NCBI RefSeq assembly: GCF_028641065.1
Contig: NC_073387.1
Span: forward strand, 38,502,001 to 38,566,000
Direction of reading: 5' to 3'
Length of the DNA: 64,000 bases
Source: Leucoraja erinacea
Lineage: Eukaryota
Part shown: positions 1-12,233 of the stretch, one piece after another
Position numbering within the stretch: position 1 is the first letter of the stretch
How the letters are laid out: every line of letters starts with the position of its first letter
Notes under the pieces: generated by a model
What the model was told of the DNA's origin: nothing
Database searches by the model: none
Seen by the model: the letters and a program-made list of their open reading frames with translations, nothing else
Translations under genes and position numbers: made by a program

Positions 1-759
1 CAGAGCTGGACTGTAAGTTTTACTGTATTTATCTAAGGACATTACTATCTACACATACATGTAAATGTGGCTTAGTGTGCATTAAATCTCAATTACACTT
101 TAAATTAAAAAAGTAAAATTTTAAAGACATTTCCAGTGCAAACAGTATCATGAATTCCAATAGAAGCCCAGATTTATTAAGCGTTTGCTTAGGATCCCTA
201 TGAATCAATGTATCCCATGGCAGAGGAGAGATTCACTGACAACTGCTGCTAGATTTCTACATTGAACTGTTAAGGGAATCTAAACCATCATTACAATGGC
301 AAAATCCGAGCAAATTAACTGACACTAATTCAGAATTACATAATTCATAATTTTACGACAATTCATATTTGAATTACCCAATCGCTGTTTGGGACATGGA
401 GCAAGTACACAGAAGTGGTTTGGAATGGTATCTTGTTTGATATGAAAGACAGTCTGTAAGGATTATTGTCAGTGTTGCAGTTATCCTATTGCAGACATGT
501 GTAATATCATCTTTATACAGTTTACTTGGTATTGATTTTCCGATTTACCATACACTATCTCCTGACTGAAGAGACAGGCAGCCAGTCAGTTCCCTGGACT
601 CTATCTATCCTCCTAATTGAACTTTTCCAACTGAGGTATTTAAGTTGCATCCTGTTATGTGCACAGGATATTCAACAACAAAAAAAGCTTCCTGTAAGGA
701 TTAGATAATTTGGAGCATAGGGTTCAAAATTGTAATTATTATTTTTTTAACCTTGATAG

Positions 760-831
760 GTACACTTACCATCAACATTGTGGATGCGAATGACAACCCA
801 CCTGTGTTTCTTGCCTTTAAAAGCAAGTCTG
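760..831 (+). CDS. CDHR2: CDHR2 exon: TLTINIVDANDNPPVFLAFKSKS
   Basis: ttgatag acceptor, G|gtagg donor; cadherin DxNDNxPxF calcium-binding motif. Confidence 0.9.
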
Positions 832-1654
832 GTAGGTCTCTAAACTGTACAATAACATTGCACAATGCAGTTAATTACGTGTAGAGCATTTGTATAAAGC
901 CCTGGTTTCAAATATAACATGGATGTTGATTCATTCATTTTACTGCGATCTTAATAATTATAAAATGTTGTGATCAAAACTGAGACAGGGGATTTGCATA
1001 AAATAATGTTTCTTTTCCCCCATAATGATTTCCTATAACTCTGCTGAATTCTACAGAACATGTTAATTACAACCATATGCCAGTGGTACAAGTGTAGCAA
1101 TGACAGGAACATAATGCACAGCTTGTTCTTATTCTGGAGAATAATTTTGCTGGCAAAATATTACAATATAAGATGATAGTTTTTTACCATCTTTCTCTGC
1201 CATTTCTTTTCTTTGGCTGCAAACGTGAGGCAAGGTTGTTGAATAATTATCACATTAGCTGAAGGTGAAAAGGTTGCAGTAAGAGGTCATAGCCAATTAA
1301 AAAATATGCTCAATTTTCTCTTCCTTTGTAGTAAATCAAAAGGAAAATTGAGTTTATAACAGGCAGGCCATCTACTTATACTGCTTTTCCTTTCCCAAGT
1401 GTAAATTGTATCCTTTCTCTTCCATGCTGCAAGAGGACTGGCAATTATTATGTTATCAGCTATATTTGTGGGCAATTTTGATGCAAAATTCTCCTTCCAT
1501 TCTTGATTGCCCTGAATGCACTTAAAGTCAAACACACACGGTATGGATGGGCAGATGACTAGGTGCTATCTGCTTGTTGATCGCCCAGAAGTCATATCAG
1601 ACTACATTGTCAACACCATACACTCAGTCTACAACAACCATCTTGAACTGTGCA

Positions 1655-2330
1655 AGAAGGACCTGCAGATGCTGGTTTACACCAAAAATGTGCACAAAAT
1701 GCTGGAGTAGCTCAGTGGAAATGGGTAACGTTTCAGGTCGAGACCTTTCTACAGATCATCTTGAGCTTGCTGTTGTGTGTCATTTTAACTCCCTTTCCCA
1801 TTCCTACACTGACCTATCTGTCCTTGGCCTTCTCCACTGCCACAGTGGGACCAAACTTGAAGAACAACACCTTATCTTCTGCTTGGGCAGCCGATAGCCT
1901 ATTAGTTTGAACATTGAATTTTCTCATTTCAGTAACAGACTCCCACTGTGTTCCTTTCCCATTGCCAGTCCACCCAGTGTCTCTCCCCTCTTTTTAATCT
2001 TATTTATCCCCCTCCCCCACCCTGATTACCTCAACTCCCCCACTTGGTTCCATCCGATCATCACCCACACAGCCATCAACTTGGATTTCTTTTCCCTCCA
2101 TTCATCTCTACTGTCCCCACCTAGATCTGATTCCATCTGTCCATGATACCTCCCTTATCTGATTTCACCATCAACTACCGGCCTCTGTCTCACCTCTTGC
2201 TTCTAAATACTGGTTATCTTCCATCTACACTCTTAGTCCCGATGGCCGATATTTCTCAGCCTGATATACCGACTATCTCTTTGCCTTTGCAGATGCGTGA
2301 CCTGCTGATTTCCTCCAGCAATTTGTTTTT
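1655..2330 (+). mobile_element. Penelope-like element 3' fragment with an inverted head (GIY-YIG C-terminus + 3' UTR)
   Basis: HFNSLSHSYTDLSVLGLLHC..KLEEQHLIF.LGS..LNIEFS matches the GIY-YIG tail. 1655-1755 is an inverted copy of the element terminus. Confidence 0.75.
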
Positions 2331-2472
2331 AACTTCATATCTGATCCGTGTGACTTGGACTGGAACAGATATGAAGTGATAAACAAACTGGGAGGCTTAC
2401 AGGGTGAATTGATCACACTTGAAGTTCTATGATGCCAATCTTTGAGATGTAGCATTTTCTTTTTCATTTCAG

Positions 2473-2522
2473 TTATCGTGGCCGAATTAGCAACAATTTC
2501 TGCTGAAGTAACAACAGTTCAG
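2473..2522 (+). CDS. CDHR2: CDHR2 exon: VIVAELATISAEVTTVQ
   Basis: tttcatttcag acceptor, CAG|gtctgt donor, phase 1 to 0; cadherin strand A/B pattern. Confidence 0.85.
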
Positions 2523-3039
2523 GTCTGTCAAAACTAATGTGTGCGTTTGTTAAATTTCACTGACTTGTTGAGTTCTTGTTAGTATCTGTTAGTCTGGAGG
2601 TGATACAGCACTAGAAGCGGAAAATCCAGACGGAAACTGCTGCTGTTTTAGAATTATTTTGTATCCTGACACAAGATATTTCCTTTTGTAGAAGAATTGT
2701 TCTGCACACCACCAGACAGGCCCTTCCAAATGTGTACTCCAATCAAATCTATACCTCTTTACGTTTAATTTGTTAAAAAGGCAAAAAGACAACGCTGAAA
2801 ATCTTTAATATTGATAGCACAATGATAAATTTATTCTCAGTGATATAATGATCTTAACAGGGAATGTTTTTTGCAGAGAGTTCTGTTTTCACATTGGAGA
2901 TCATATATACAAGTTTATACAAGTAATTTAATCAATTTCAAATATCTATTTCCAATGGGGAAACTGAAATGAAAATCTGAAGCTATTACTAGGTTATTTT
3001 TGTACCACTCAGATGGTATGAACTCCAAATGTTGTATTT

Positions 3040-3338
3040 CACAGTTGTGCAGAGGTAAAGTTGTTGTCTTACAGCACCAGAGACCCGGGTTCGATTCTGA
3101 CTATGGGTGCTGTCTGTACGGAGTTTGCACGTTCCCCCTGTGATGGCGTGGGTTTTCTTTGGGTGCTCCAGTTTCCTCCCACACTCCAAAGACGTATAGG
3201 TTTGTAGATTAATTGGCTTTGGTAAAGTTATAAATTGTCCTTCATGTGTAGGATAGTGCTAGTGTACGGGGCGAACGTTGATCTGTTCACTCAGTAAATG
3301 AACAATCTCTTTCTGTGCTGCATCTCTGAAGTCAAAAG
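3040..3338 (+). mobile_element. HE1-type V-SINE
   Basis: tRNA-like head (B box ggttcgattc), V-domain gctgtctgtacggagtttgcacgttc..tttcctcccacactccaaa. Confidence 0.8.
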
Positions 3339-3917
3339 TTCAGTGAGCTTAAGTTTAATTTTGCAATGATTTCAGATTTTTCTTTTGCCTACTGCAGACA
3401 AAGGTTTAAATTTGATTACAACATTTGTTGAATTATGGATATATACAGCCAGAAAGTGTTGCCTTTTTTTTAACATTGCTCATGTGCAAATTGGTTCTTT
3501 ACTGGAGGCCAAAATCTGATTTCACACCTTCCTGGAAATCAATCAGGCACTTCCTGTAGCAGACGGTATTTGTGGAATCAGTTGCTTTCCATATTGGATG
3601 CACACTAAATTATGTTTTTGCCCTGGAACAATACTTGTTTAGGTAATTAATTGGTGAAATTGGTTTACGTAACACTAATGCTGTTGTACACGCTCAATCC
3701 AATTCAATGTTAATAATTTTGTTTGCTGTGCAGCAGTGTGTTATAAAGTGATCCACCCCTGCACTGGTCACAACCTGGCACTGGAAGCTAATTTGAGTAA
3801 GTGCCCTCCAACTTACTTACCAGCTCTCCTCTGCTTCCATCATCTACAATCTTCCAAGCCTCAGCCTCCTTCACCTCACGATCCCTTCTGATTCCCTGGC
3901 TCAGATATCTCTACCGT

Positions 3918-4236
3918 GGGCAGCACAGTGGCGCAGCGGTAGAGTTGTTTACAGCACTTGCAGCGCCGGAGACCCAGGTTTGATCCGTACTACAGGTTCT
4001 GTCTGTACAGAGTTTGTACGTTCTCCCCGTGACCGCGTGGGTTTTCTCCGAGATCTTCGGTTAATTCCCACACTCCAAACACATATAGATTTGTAGGACA
4101 ATTGGCTTGGTGTATGTAAAATTGTTCCTAGTGTGTGTAAGGTAGTGCTAATGTGCTGGGATCGCTGGTTGATGCGGACTCGGTGGGCTGAAGGGGCTGA
4201 TTCACTGCTGTATCTCTAAACAAAACTAAACCAAAA
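3918..4236 (+). mobile_element. HE1-type V-SINE, full length
   Basis: gggcagcacagtggcgcagcggtagag head, V-domain, CR1-like tail, ctaaa repeats. Confidence 0.85.
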
Positions 4237-4459
4237 TCCTTTTAAGATCACTAAGTGCAGGCCTCGGACTCATTGATATGTCTTCACCTGCTTCCCAATC
4301 GCGGGCAATACCTTCTGGCCTAAAAATCCATTGGCTCACATGGAGGTATGTAAATAGTGTGCTATCATTATTAAAGATTTTTTGTGTGGTCTTTTTACCT
4401 TTTTAATAAATTAAATGTAAACAGATGTAGATTGGATTGGAGTAAACAGTTGGAAGGGC

Positions 4460-4595
4460 ATCAGTGTTCAAGAAGAAGGGTTTTTGGGGTTTCGGCACTG
4501 AGTGTTCAAGAAGAAGGGTTTCGGCCTAAACGTCACCTATTTCCTTCGCTCCATAGATGCTGCTGCACCCGCTGAGTTTCTCCATTTTTGTGTAC
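4460..4595 (+). mobile_element. Penelope-like terminal fragment with a 13-bp TSD
   Basis: Flanked by cagttggaagggc (4447-4459) and cagtcggaagggc (4596-4608); degenerate hammerhead motif. Confidence 0.7.
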
Positions 4596-4911
4596 CAGTC
4601 GGAAGGGCCTGTCTGATGGTGTGCAGATCAGGCACTGTTAAATATTCTACGAAAGGAAATGCCCCGTATCAACAAACAATTTAGTCATGGATTGCCACTT
4701 ATAATTTCACTGGCACTCTGGGCCAAAGGTGTTGGAAGTTCCTGAATCAGTCTGACATGAGGAAGGAATTCTCCCTCTTGTGCAACACCTGGTACTGTAG
4801 CCGTGTCCAAGGTGATTGTTGTTGGAATGAACTGCAGATGCTGGTTTAAACCGGAGATCATATATACATGTTACAATTTAATCAATGGGAAAACTGAAAG
4901 AAAACTGAAAG

Positions 4912-5205
4912 TTTAAGAATAAGGAGTAAGCCATTTACAACGAGACGAGGAAACACTTTTTCTCACAGAGAGTGGTGAGTTTGTGGAATTCTCTGCCTCA
5001 AAGGGCGGAGGAGGCAGGTTCTCTGGATGCTTTCAAGAGAGAGCTAGATAGGGCTCTTATAAACAGCGCAGTCAGGGGATATGGGGAGAAGGCAGGAACG
5101 GGGTACTGATTGGGGATGATCAGCCATGAGCACATTGAATGGAGGTGCTGGCTCGAAGGGCCGAATGGCCTACTCCTGCACCTATTGTCTATTGTCTCTT
5201 GTCTA
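4912..5205 (+). mobile_element. CR1 LINE 3' end
   Basis: FFSQRVVSLWNSLP-coding segment and UTR with (ctattgt)n tail. Confidence 0.85.
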
Positions 5206-6120
5206 TTAAAATCTGAAGCTATTTCTAGATTAGCATTTCTAGACTACCTGGCTAGCCACAAGAGACCGAGGCTCTTCCTCATGTTAGACTGATGCAGGAA
5301 CCTTTGACACCTTTGGCCTAGGGTGCCACTGAATTTGCAAGTGGCAGTCCATGACTAACCTGTTTGTTGACACAAACTGCAGCAAACTATTTACATAGCT
5401 CCATGCGAGCCTCTGAATTTTTAGGACTTTGCCCACAAATTCACGTTTCTTGTAGGCCTATAATAATTTGAAAATTACCTGCTTCAATTTAATTTCAGTT
5501 ATTTCAATTTAAAATAACTTTAAATTAACATAAAGGGCCCTCTGTCCATGAAAATGATTTCATACGCAGGTTTAAAACATTGCTGTGACACACCTGATTA
5601 CGTTGAGTAGCAATTACAGTAATTCAGAAAAAAAGATACAAGTATTCAAAGTTTAAAAAAAATGGAAATCTTAAGTATTGACATACCAGTCTATAAAATA
5701 CAAATTATGTGTTTGTCATGGTTAATCTCAAGGCAAGATGCTTAAAGCATTTCATTCAATCAAATGCATTTTGAGAGGGAGAGATGGAGCATAATTATCA
5801 ATGGTAGTAAAGCTTCAAATTGTCATAATTCACATATACTAATGTTATTCCATGTATCTTAGTCATTAATTTTAATCAATGAATGTCAGTGTAAAATAGC
5901 ACCCATGAGCATATTGTATAAATATGTTAAGTATAGATATGCTTCAGTGTTTGAATGCTCTTTCTCATGGTGGGCTCAAATCTTGTAATATTTAATCAAA
6001 TAAGAATATGAATTAAATGAGAATACGTTAGTTGCACTGAAGGGCTTTCCTCAGATTTCCAAATGTGTCTTCGTGCACTTTCTTTCTGATGTCTTCCTGC
6101 CCCAACTGATCTCTGAATTT

Positions 6121-6520
6121 GGTAGACAAAAATGCTGGAGAAACTCAGCGGGTGAGGCAGCAACTATGGAGTGAAGGAATAGGTGACGTTTCAGGTTGAG
6201 ACCCTTCTTCAGACTGATGTGGGGGTGGTGGGTGGGGGGCAGGAAGAAGAAAGGAAGAGGTGGAGACAGTAGGCTGAGGGAGAGCTTGGAAGGGGAGGGG
6301 AAGGAGGGAGAAAGCAAGGACTACCTGAAATTGGAGGTCAATGTTCATATCGCTGGGGTGTAAACTACCCAAGTGACATATGAGGTGCTGCTTCTCCAAT
6401 TTGCGGTGGGACTCACTCTGACCATGGAGGAGGCCCAGGACAGAAAGGTCAGATATGGAATGGGAGGGGGGGGAGTTGAAGTGCTGAGCCACTGGGAGAT
6501 CAAGTTGGTTAATGCGGACA
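6121..6520 (-). mobile_element. Penelope-like element 3' end (GIY-YIG tail, UTR, hammerhead motif)
   Basis: ORF 6145-6492 reads AQHFNSPPSHSISDLSVLGLLH..RKLEKQHLI..LGSLHPSDMNID; the minus strand carries ctgaagaagggtctcaacctgaaacgtc. Confidence 0.8.
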
Positions 6521-6673
6521 TCAAGCCAATTTTGTGATGTTTATAGCTGATGCATAAATGTGAACCTAACGCTGGTACAGCATTGAAAGGCCACTGGAGC
6601 TGGCATTAAAATTAATTAAAATTAATTTGGGTTATAAATTAGCTGCTAATTAATTCAAAGTTTCTCTTGACAG

Positions 6674-6831
6674 GCAGCTGACAATGATACTGGAAAAAAT
6701 GGCGAAATTAATTTTGTTGTAACCCATGTTCTATTCATTTATTCGGATGGCCGACCAAGCATTGTATTGCCAGATGTATTTGAAGCATCGAGAGCGACCC
6801 TCATTGGTGATGAATACACAGCAACTATCAG
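6674..6831 (+). CDS. CDHR2: CDHR2 exon: AADNDTGKNGEINFVVTHVLFIYSDGRPSIVLPDVFEASRATLIGDEYTATIR
   Basis: ttgacag acceptor, AG|gtaatg donor; AxDxD..G.NG cadherin motif. Confidence 0.9.
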
Positions 6832-6838
6832 GTAATGT

Positions 6839-7069
6839 AGAAACGAGGATCTGCAGAGGCTGATTCATATTAAAAGAGACACTAAGTGCTGCAGTAACTC
6901 AGCGGGTCAGGCAGCATCCCTTGAGATCATGGATAGGTGATGTTTCAGGTTTGCATGCTCTTTCAGACACTCAGACAAGTCTGAAGAAGGGTTCCGACCA
7001 AAAATGTCATCCATCCATGATCTCCAGGGATGCTGCCTGAACCGTTAAATTACTCCAGCACAGTGTAAT
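6839..7069. mobile_element. Palindromic Penelope-terminus mini-element with TSD
   Basis: Head-to-head termini; TSD tatcaggtaatgt at 6826-6838 and 7070-7082. Confidence 0.75.
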
Positions 7070-7127
7070 TATCAGGTAATGTTTGAATTTCTTTACTGAG
7101 TTACTTTACAGCAACTATACCTAATGA

Positions 7128-7225
7128 TAAAGATAGACACAAAATACTGGAATAACTCAGCGGGACAGGCAGCATCTCTGGAGAGAAGGAATGGGTGACG
7201 TTTCGGGTCGAGACCCTTCTTCAGG
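7128..7225 (-). mobile_element. Penelope-like terminus with a consensus hammerhead motif on the minus strand (7197-7224)
   Basis: Reverse complement reads ctgaagaagggtctcgacccgaaacgtc. Confidence 0.75.
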
Positions 7226-7987
7226 TTTCTTTGAATGTCTGGAAAAGCATCCCAACCTGCAAAATTATGCTAAACTGTAGTAATGCAACAGCAATCATCG
7301 AGAAATGTTCGAGAGAGTACAGGCCATCTTCCAGATATGAACCAGTCCACTCTAGATTTTCTGCTCTCGATTCTGACACTTTGAACCCCAATAAAGGTGG
7401 CCAGACATCCCCAGCTCCTTGCATTCAGCCTATCTTTGATCACAATGCTTTTCTGATGGGTAGTATTAACTGTAGCCAGAAGTGGTCAATTTTATATTGA
7501 TTTGGATGTATCAAATGTGGTGACAAATATTCTTATCTCCGGGTGTTAAATGAGGGTTACGGAAGTAAAACAAATATTTTCTTAATTACTTCTTTAGGTT
7601 TGATTTGTTTATGACCCGCAGGCTCATAAATTCACAAGGGCTTTGAAATGTATTTCTTCAAATGTATTTATTTTTTGTCTCTGGCACCATTGCTGTCTGT
7701 ATGGAAAGATATTGTATGAAAAGAGACCAGTTGGTCCATTGCCACTCTGTTACCTCTTCCAGAGAGATATTTAATTAGCCCCACTCCCATGCTCTGTCCC
7801 TGGAGCCTTGATTTTATTTTCCTTTGGAGTAAACCTAAATTTCGTTCCGAGAGTAAATTAAATAGGAACATTGCTTTGTTCAGGAATGGGCCCTTGTATA
7901 CAGAGGTCAGGGACATGAGCTTTCTTTCTGCTGTTCAATGCTTTTTCATGAAGTAAACATTCAGAATAATGTACTGTTGTTTTGTAG

Positions 7988-8090
7988 AATTAAATCCTCA
8001 CTGGACAAAACATTAAAGGGTCAATATAATGTAACCATAAAAGCAAAGGATAAAGGAGATCCCAGCTTAGATGCAACAAATTACTTAGAT
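7988..8090 (+). CDS. CDHR2: CDHR2 exon: IKSSLDKTLKGQYNVTIKAKDKGDPSLDATNYLD
   Basis: tttgtag acceptor, gtaagt donor; LD...Y.V.I.A.D.G.P.L cadherin signature. Confidence 0.92.
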
Positions 8091-8719
8091 GTAAGTATTG
8101 TTAAGATGATTCATTTTACTATTTGTTTCTTTATATCAATATATGCTCTCACTGATGAACTAATGTACAGTGTTGCTCAGTTTGGTATAGACAGATAAAA
8201 CACGATGCAATATGATGCAGCAACATGATGAATCTCTTTCCTATCAGTTCTAGTTTATGAAGTGTGATGTTGATGGGCTGATTCTCACACAACATAGATA
8301 TTTCAGAATTGATTGTCTTGCTTTTCACTTTCCGCTTTGTAATGGGGTTGAAGCTGGGAATGAAGGAATATATAATGGGAGTTATGCATCAATCTGATGC
8401 CACTGTTTGAATTTTCACCCTTTATCACTTTTTGGATGATCTCATATTCTGCCTCCTAACTTCCAAAAAATGTATTCCTATTATACGGCTCATTGATATG
8501 TATTGGGTTGTTTCTCTTCAAAAGTCAAAACATACCTTTACAAACAAAGTAGTGTCTCTTGGGCAGTGGGCATCCTCTTTTAGCTCTGCCAGGGGAAGGT
8601 TACATGGAGGATACACACAGGTTCCTTTCCATACAGAATTAAAACACCCTTTATCTAATATCATTCAATACAGATACAGTCTATACAGATATCAAGCAAA
8701 ATTTCAGTCTTATTATGTA

Positions 8720-9480
8720 AAGAAGGCAAAGGAAAATTGGCTTTTCTTATCAATTTGTACAGATGCACCAAATTTTGATGCATCACTGCTTGGTATGGTA
8801 ATTGCTTTGCCCAAGACCACAAGAAATTGTAAATAGTTGTGAACACAGCCCAGTCCATCACACAAACCAGTCTCCCACTCCCATCAACTCCATCTACACA
8901 TCACACTGCCTTGGGAAAGCAGGCAAAGTAATCAAAGACCACTCACTGGTACACAAAATTGCTGGAGAAACTCAGCGGGTGCAGCAGCATCTATGGAGCG
9001 AAGGAAATAGGCGACGTTTCGGGCCGAAACGGCACCTATTTCCTTCGCTCCATAGATGCTGCTGCACCCGCTGAGTTTCTCCAGCAATTTTGTGTACCTT
9101 CGATTTTCCAGCATCTGCAGTTCCTTCTTGAACACAAAGGCCACTCACTCCTTGGTCATTCTCCTCTCCCGATGAGCAGAAGATTCAAAAGCTTAAAAGC
9201 AATTACTACCAAATTCAAGAGCAGCGGCTTCCCCGCTGTTATCAGACTCGTGAACAGACCTCTCATATGCTTAGGATGAATTCCCAATACTTCCTCGTGG
9301 CCCTTGCACTTTTTTAAAATCTGCACTTTCTCTTTCGTTCTAACATTATATTCTGCTCTCTGTATATTTTCCCTTTTGCACTACCTAATGAGCTCATGTT
9401 TGGTATGATTTGCCTGTATAGCAAACAAAACAACGTTCTTCACTGTATCTTAGTACATGTGACAATAATAAAACAATAGT
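8720..9480 (+). mobile_element. Rex1/Babar-like 3' end hosting a Penelope palindrome
   Basis: CITAWYGNC...LQEIVN..AQSIT..LP....PAVIRL; UTR ending gacaataataaa. Confidence 0.65.
8948..9134. mobile_element. Near-perfect 151-bp palindromic Penelope-terminus element (8948-9098) plus a tail
   Basis: Arms are reverse complements about cgtttcgggccgaaacg; TSD caaagaccactcact / caaaggccactcact. Confidence 0.8.
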
Positions 9481-10355
9481 AAAAGGCATACAAATGCCAA
9501 ACTGCTAAATTCATGTTATCGCATAAAGCCTTTTTATTTCCACCTGCATGGGCATCTAAGCCATCTCTAATTGCTCTTTTTTAGGCTTCTGAAGTTTTCC
9601 CAGGCCTTGTTGCATTGTATTATAACTGAGTTTTCTAGACCTAGTGCTTTGAGAAACTGCTAAACAAAGTTTCTGCGAGAAATCCAGACTATTTACTTCT
9701 GTGATTGGACCCTGGAAGGACCGAAGTCCGTCACGTGTGCCAGCCCCCCCACCCCCATCGACTCCATGTACAACATGCTTCCTCATGAGAGTAGCCAAGG
9801 TAATCACAGTCCACTCATTTGGGAGAGCACATCAGGCCAGGCACCATCACTGATGATAGTGCGGCACTCCCTGTTGAACAATGCAATGACATCTGTCCCT
9901 TCAGACTCGAGTGTGTCTCTTCCCATGGTCACTGTTACAGGAGTAAGATCACACAAGGTTCAATAAATGCACAATGATAAGTGCACCTAATGATACACTT
10001 TAAGAAGATCCCAGGGTAAAATTGTTGACCTTGCTCTGGAAGCCTCTTTGGTACTATAACAATTTCTAAGTACTTATGTTCCCCTCATGCCCCAGATTAA
10101 ACTTTGTTATTCATCACTAAAAACAGTTTTCCAGTGGTGGATGTAAATAGTGTTGATGTTCTGCTTTAAACAACACAAAATGTGATCAAGGAAAGTTTAG
10201 GTTTGCTCGTCGTGGTTTGTGCTTAGGTGGTGATGCTGATGGTGATGTTTGACAAGCTCTGGAGAGTATTACAGTTCTGGCTCTAATCCAGAGGAAAGGA
10301 TGTAAATTTTCATCTTGCCCCTTGCAAAGGAGTATTTTATTTTCCCGTTCTGGAC

Positions 10356-10658
10356 TTTTAGTTTTTACTTTCAGAGATACAGCGCGGAAACAAGCCCTTC
10401 AGCCCACCAAGTCCACACCGACCAACGATTCCCGCTCATTCTACAGTAGGGACAAGTTTTACATTTATACCATGCCAATTAACCTACCAAACTGTACATC
10501 TTTGGAGTGTGGGAGAAAACTAAAGTTGTCGGAGAAAACCCACACAGGTCACTGGGAGACTGTACAAACTCCGTACAGACAAGCACCCATAGCCAGCATC
10601 GAACCCGTGTCTGCCGCTGTAAGCGCTGTAACTATACCACCGCGCCACCGTGCTGCCC
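10356..10658 (-). mobile_element. HE1-type V-SINE
   Basis: Reverse complement of the same consensus. Confidence 0.8.
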
Positions 10659-10919
10659 TGATCTTCTTGAGGATGACTCAATCATAATATTTGGACAGTA
10701 TTCTCTTCTGTGGGAAGGAGGAAGAAAATTGAGAAGGATATTTGCATTTCCCATTGCCATTAGTTTTATTCCTTGCTCGATATGAAGACAGTGAATGTAG
10801 ACTGACCTGCAAAAGACAGCATCATTGCAGTATAAGAATGGAAGATGATACAAAAGAAGAAGAAATTATCATCATTGGCAATACAGTTTATAATGCATGT
10901 TTTAACACTTCTTTTACAG

Positions 10920-11008
10920 TTAATTACAGTGGACGAGACTTTCAAGGCACGATTAGAATTTCAGGTGACAACTGAGGACGTTCAAAGAAATTTGAATAAC
11001 ATAGCCAT
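10920..11008 (+). CDS. CDHR2: CDHR2 exon: LITVDETFKARLEFQVTTEDVQRNLNNIA
   Basis: cttttacag acceptor, gtaagt donor, phase 0 to 2; resembles human LFTVDQSYRSRLQF. Confidence 0.88.
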
Positions 11009-11105
11009 GTAAGTTCCCAAACTGACTTACTTGTTACACTGCATCTGTAATGTATTATACTTTTTGCTTATGGTTGTTTAAGTATATTTTTAATCATTTT
11101 TACAG

Positions 11106-11189
11106 TATTCTTCGCAAAGCTACACAGTCAGATCCACGTGTGGTAAGCATAACTGGTGTTGGCAATGGACGTGTTCAATCATTAACCAG
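11106..11189 (+). CDS. CDHR2: CDHR2 exon: ILRKATQSDPRVVSITGVGNGRVQSLTR
   Basis: ttttacag acceptor, AG|gttaga donor, phase 2 to 2. Confidence 0.8.
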
Positions 11190-11499
11190 GTTAGACATTA
11201 ATATTCCTATACTACTTGATGGAAGCAATGCAGATATATACAGTAGTAATTAATGTATTAAGATGGAGATAAGTTAAAACAACAACAACCAGACAGTTGA
11301 ATTTTAATTGAACCCTTTCAGTGAATACCTCAAAAACAACACATATCTGTGCAGATATGTGATGCAAGTTATTTGAGATTTTGGATTGTGTAATGTTTAA
11401 TTTACAATGCATTTTCAAAATAAACATTGCAAACAGTGTGAAATGCATCATTGCAATCAAGTTGATGTGCTAAGAACGTAATTTAAATCACCTCACGTC

Positions 11500-11680
11500 A
11501 TGGACCAAAAGCCAGAAGCAGTATTAGGCCATCCGGCTCATTGAGTCTGCTCTGCCATTCGATCATTGCTGATCTATTTCCCCCTCTCAACCCCATTTTC
11601 CTGCCTTCTTTCCATAATCTTTAACACCCTTTACTAATCAAGAACCTATCAATCTCCGCTTTAAAAATACCCAATTAATT
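11500..11680 (-). mobile_element. CR1 LINE 3' UTR fragment
   Basis: ggccatccggctcattgagtctgctctgccattc...ctccgctttaaaaat. Confidence 0.65.
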
Positions 11681-12233
11681 GATGGATTAAATATGCTTGT
11701 GGTCTCCACTCATCTGTACTTAAATGGTTGGGGTACAATGGGCCAACCTCAATCTGACATTGAGAAACATTTAAGAGCTATTAAAAATGAAGCAGAAAAT
11801 AAAAAAAACATTATTATTATTGTTGAAATAAAAAAAGAAACTAGAAACATATGAACCACTTATAGATAATTAAAGCATTAAAGTAAAAGTAAATAATGTT
11901 CCCCTTTCCCTTTGCCTCTGCCATCTTTAATCCTAAATCATCCTGTTTCACCTGGTAAATGATCTTAAAAGTGATTTCCCAGTGTAATGCTGAGGAATCT
12001 CTGCCTTCATCTCTGGACTCTGTAGGGAGTTCAGCCGTGAAGCAAAGTGACAGATTTGGCCTGCTGAACCTGTCAGTAAATCAAAGACATTTTACAGCAT
12101 GAACATGAAAATCTCTGGATTTCTAACATTTAAACAACTAAACGCTGCTTCAGCCAGCAAATGCAGATCCATTGTGTTTTTAAGGAGGGCTGAGATTGTC
12201 AAAATGAACTTATCTCTCATGTTTCTCTCTTAG

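Larger units (their letters stand above)
2660..5435. repeat. Mosaic of older inverted and direct local duplications in a CDHR2 intron
   Basis: 2660-2820 ~ rc 4359-4670; 4681-4765 ~ rc 5274-5358; 4318-4358 ~ rc 5386-5425; 2895-2992 ~ 4853-4910 + 5208-5230. Confidence 0.8.

Noticed and set aside
1-18. Donor-like ct|gtaagt at 12/13 that could end an upstream CDHR2 exon (phase-compatible, giving ELDC-TLTINI)
   Set aside because: Only 12 nt are visible, and the human alignment suggests Gly at this junction; cannot be supported
3918-3990. tRNA-like A/B boxes
   Set aside because: These are SINE heads, not tRNA genes; no complete cloverleaf
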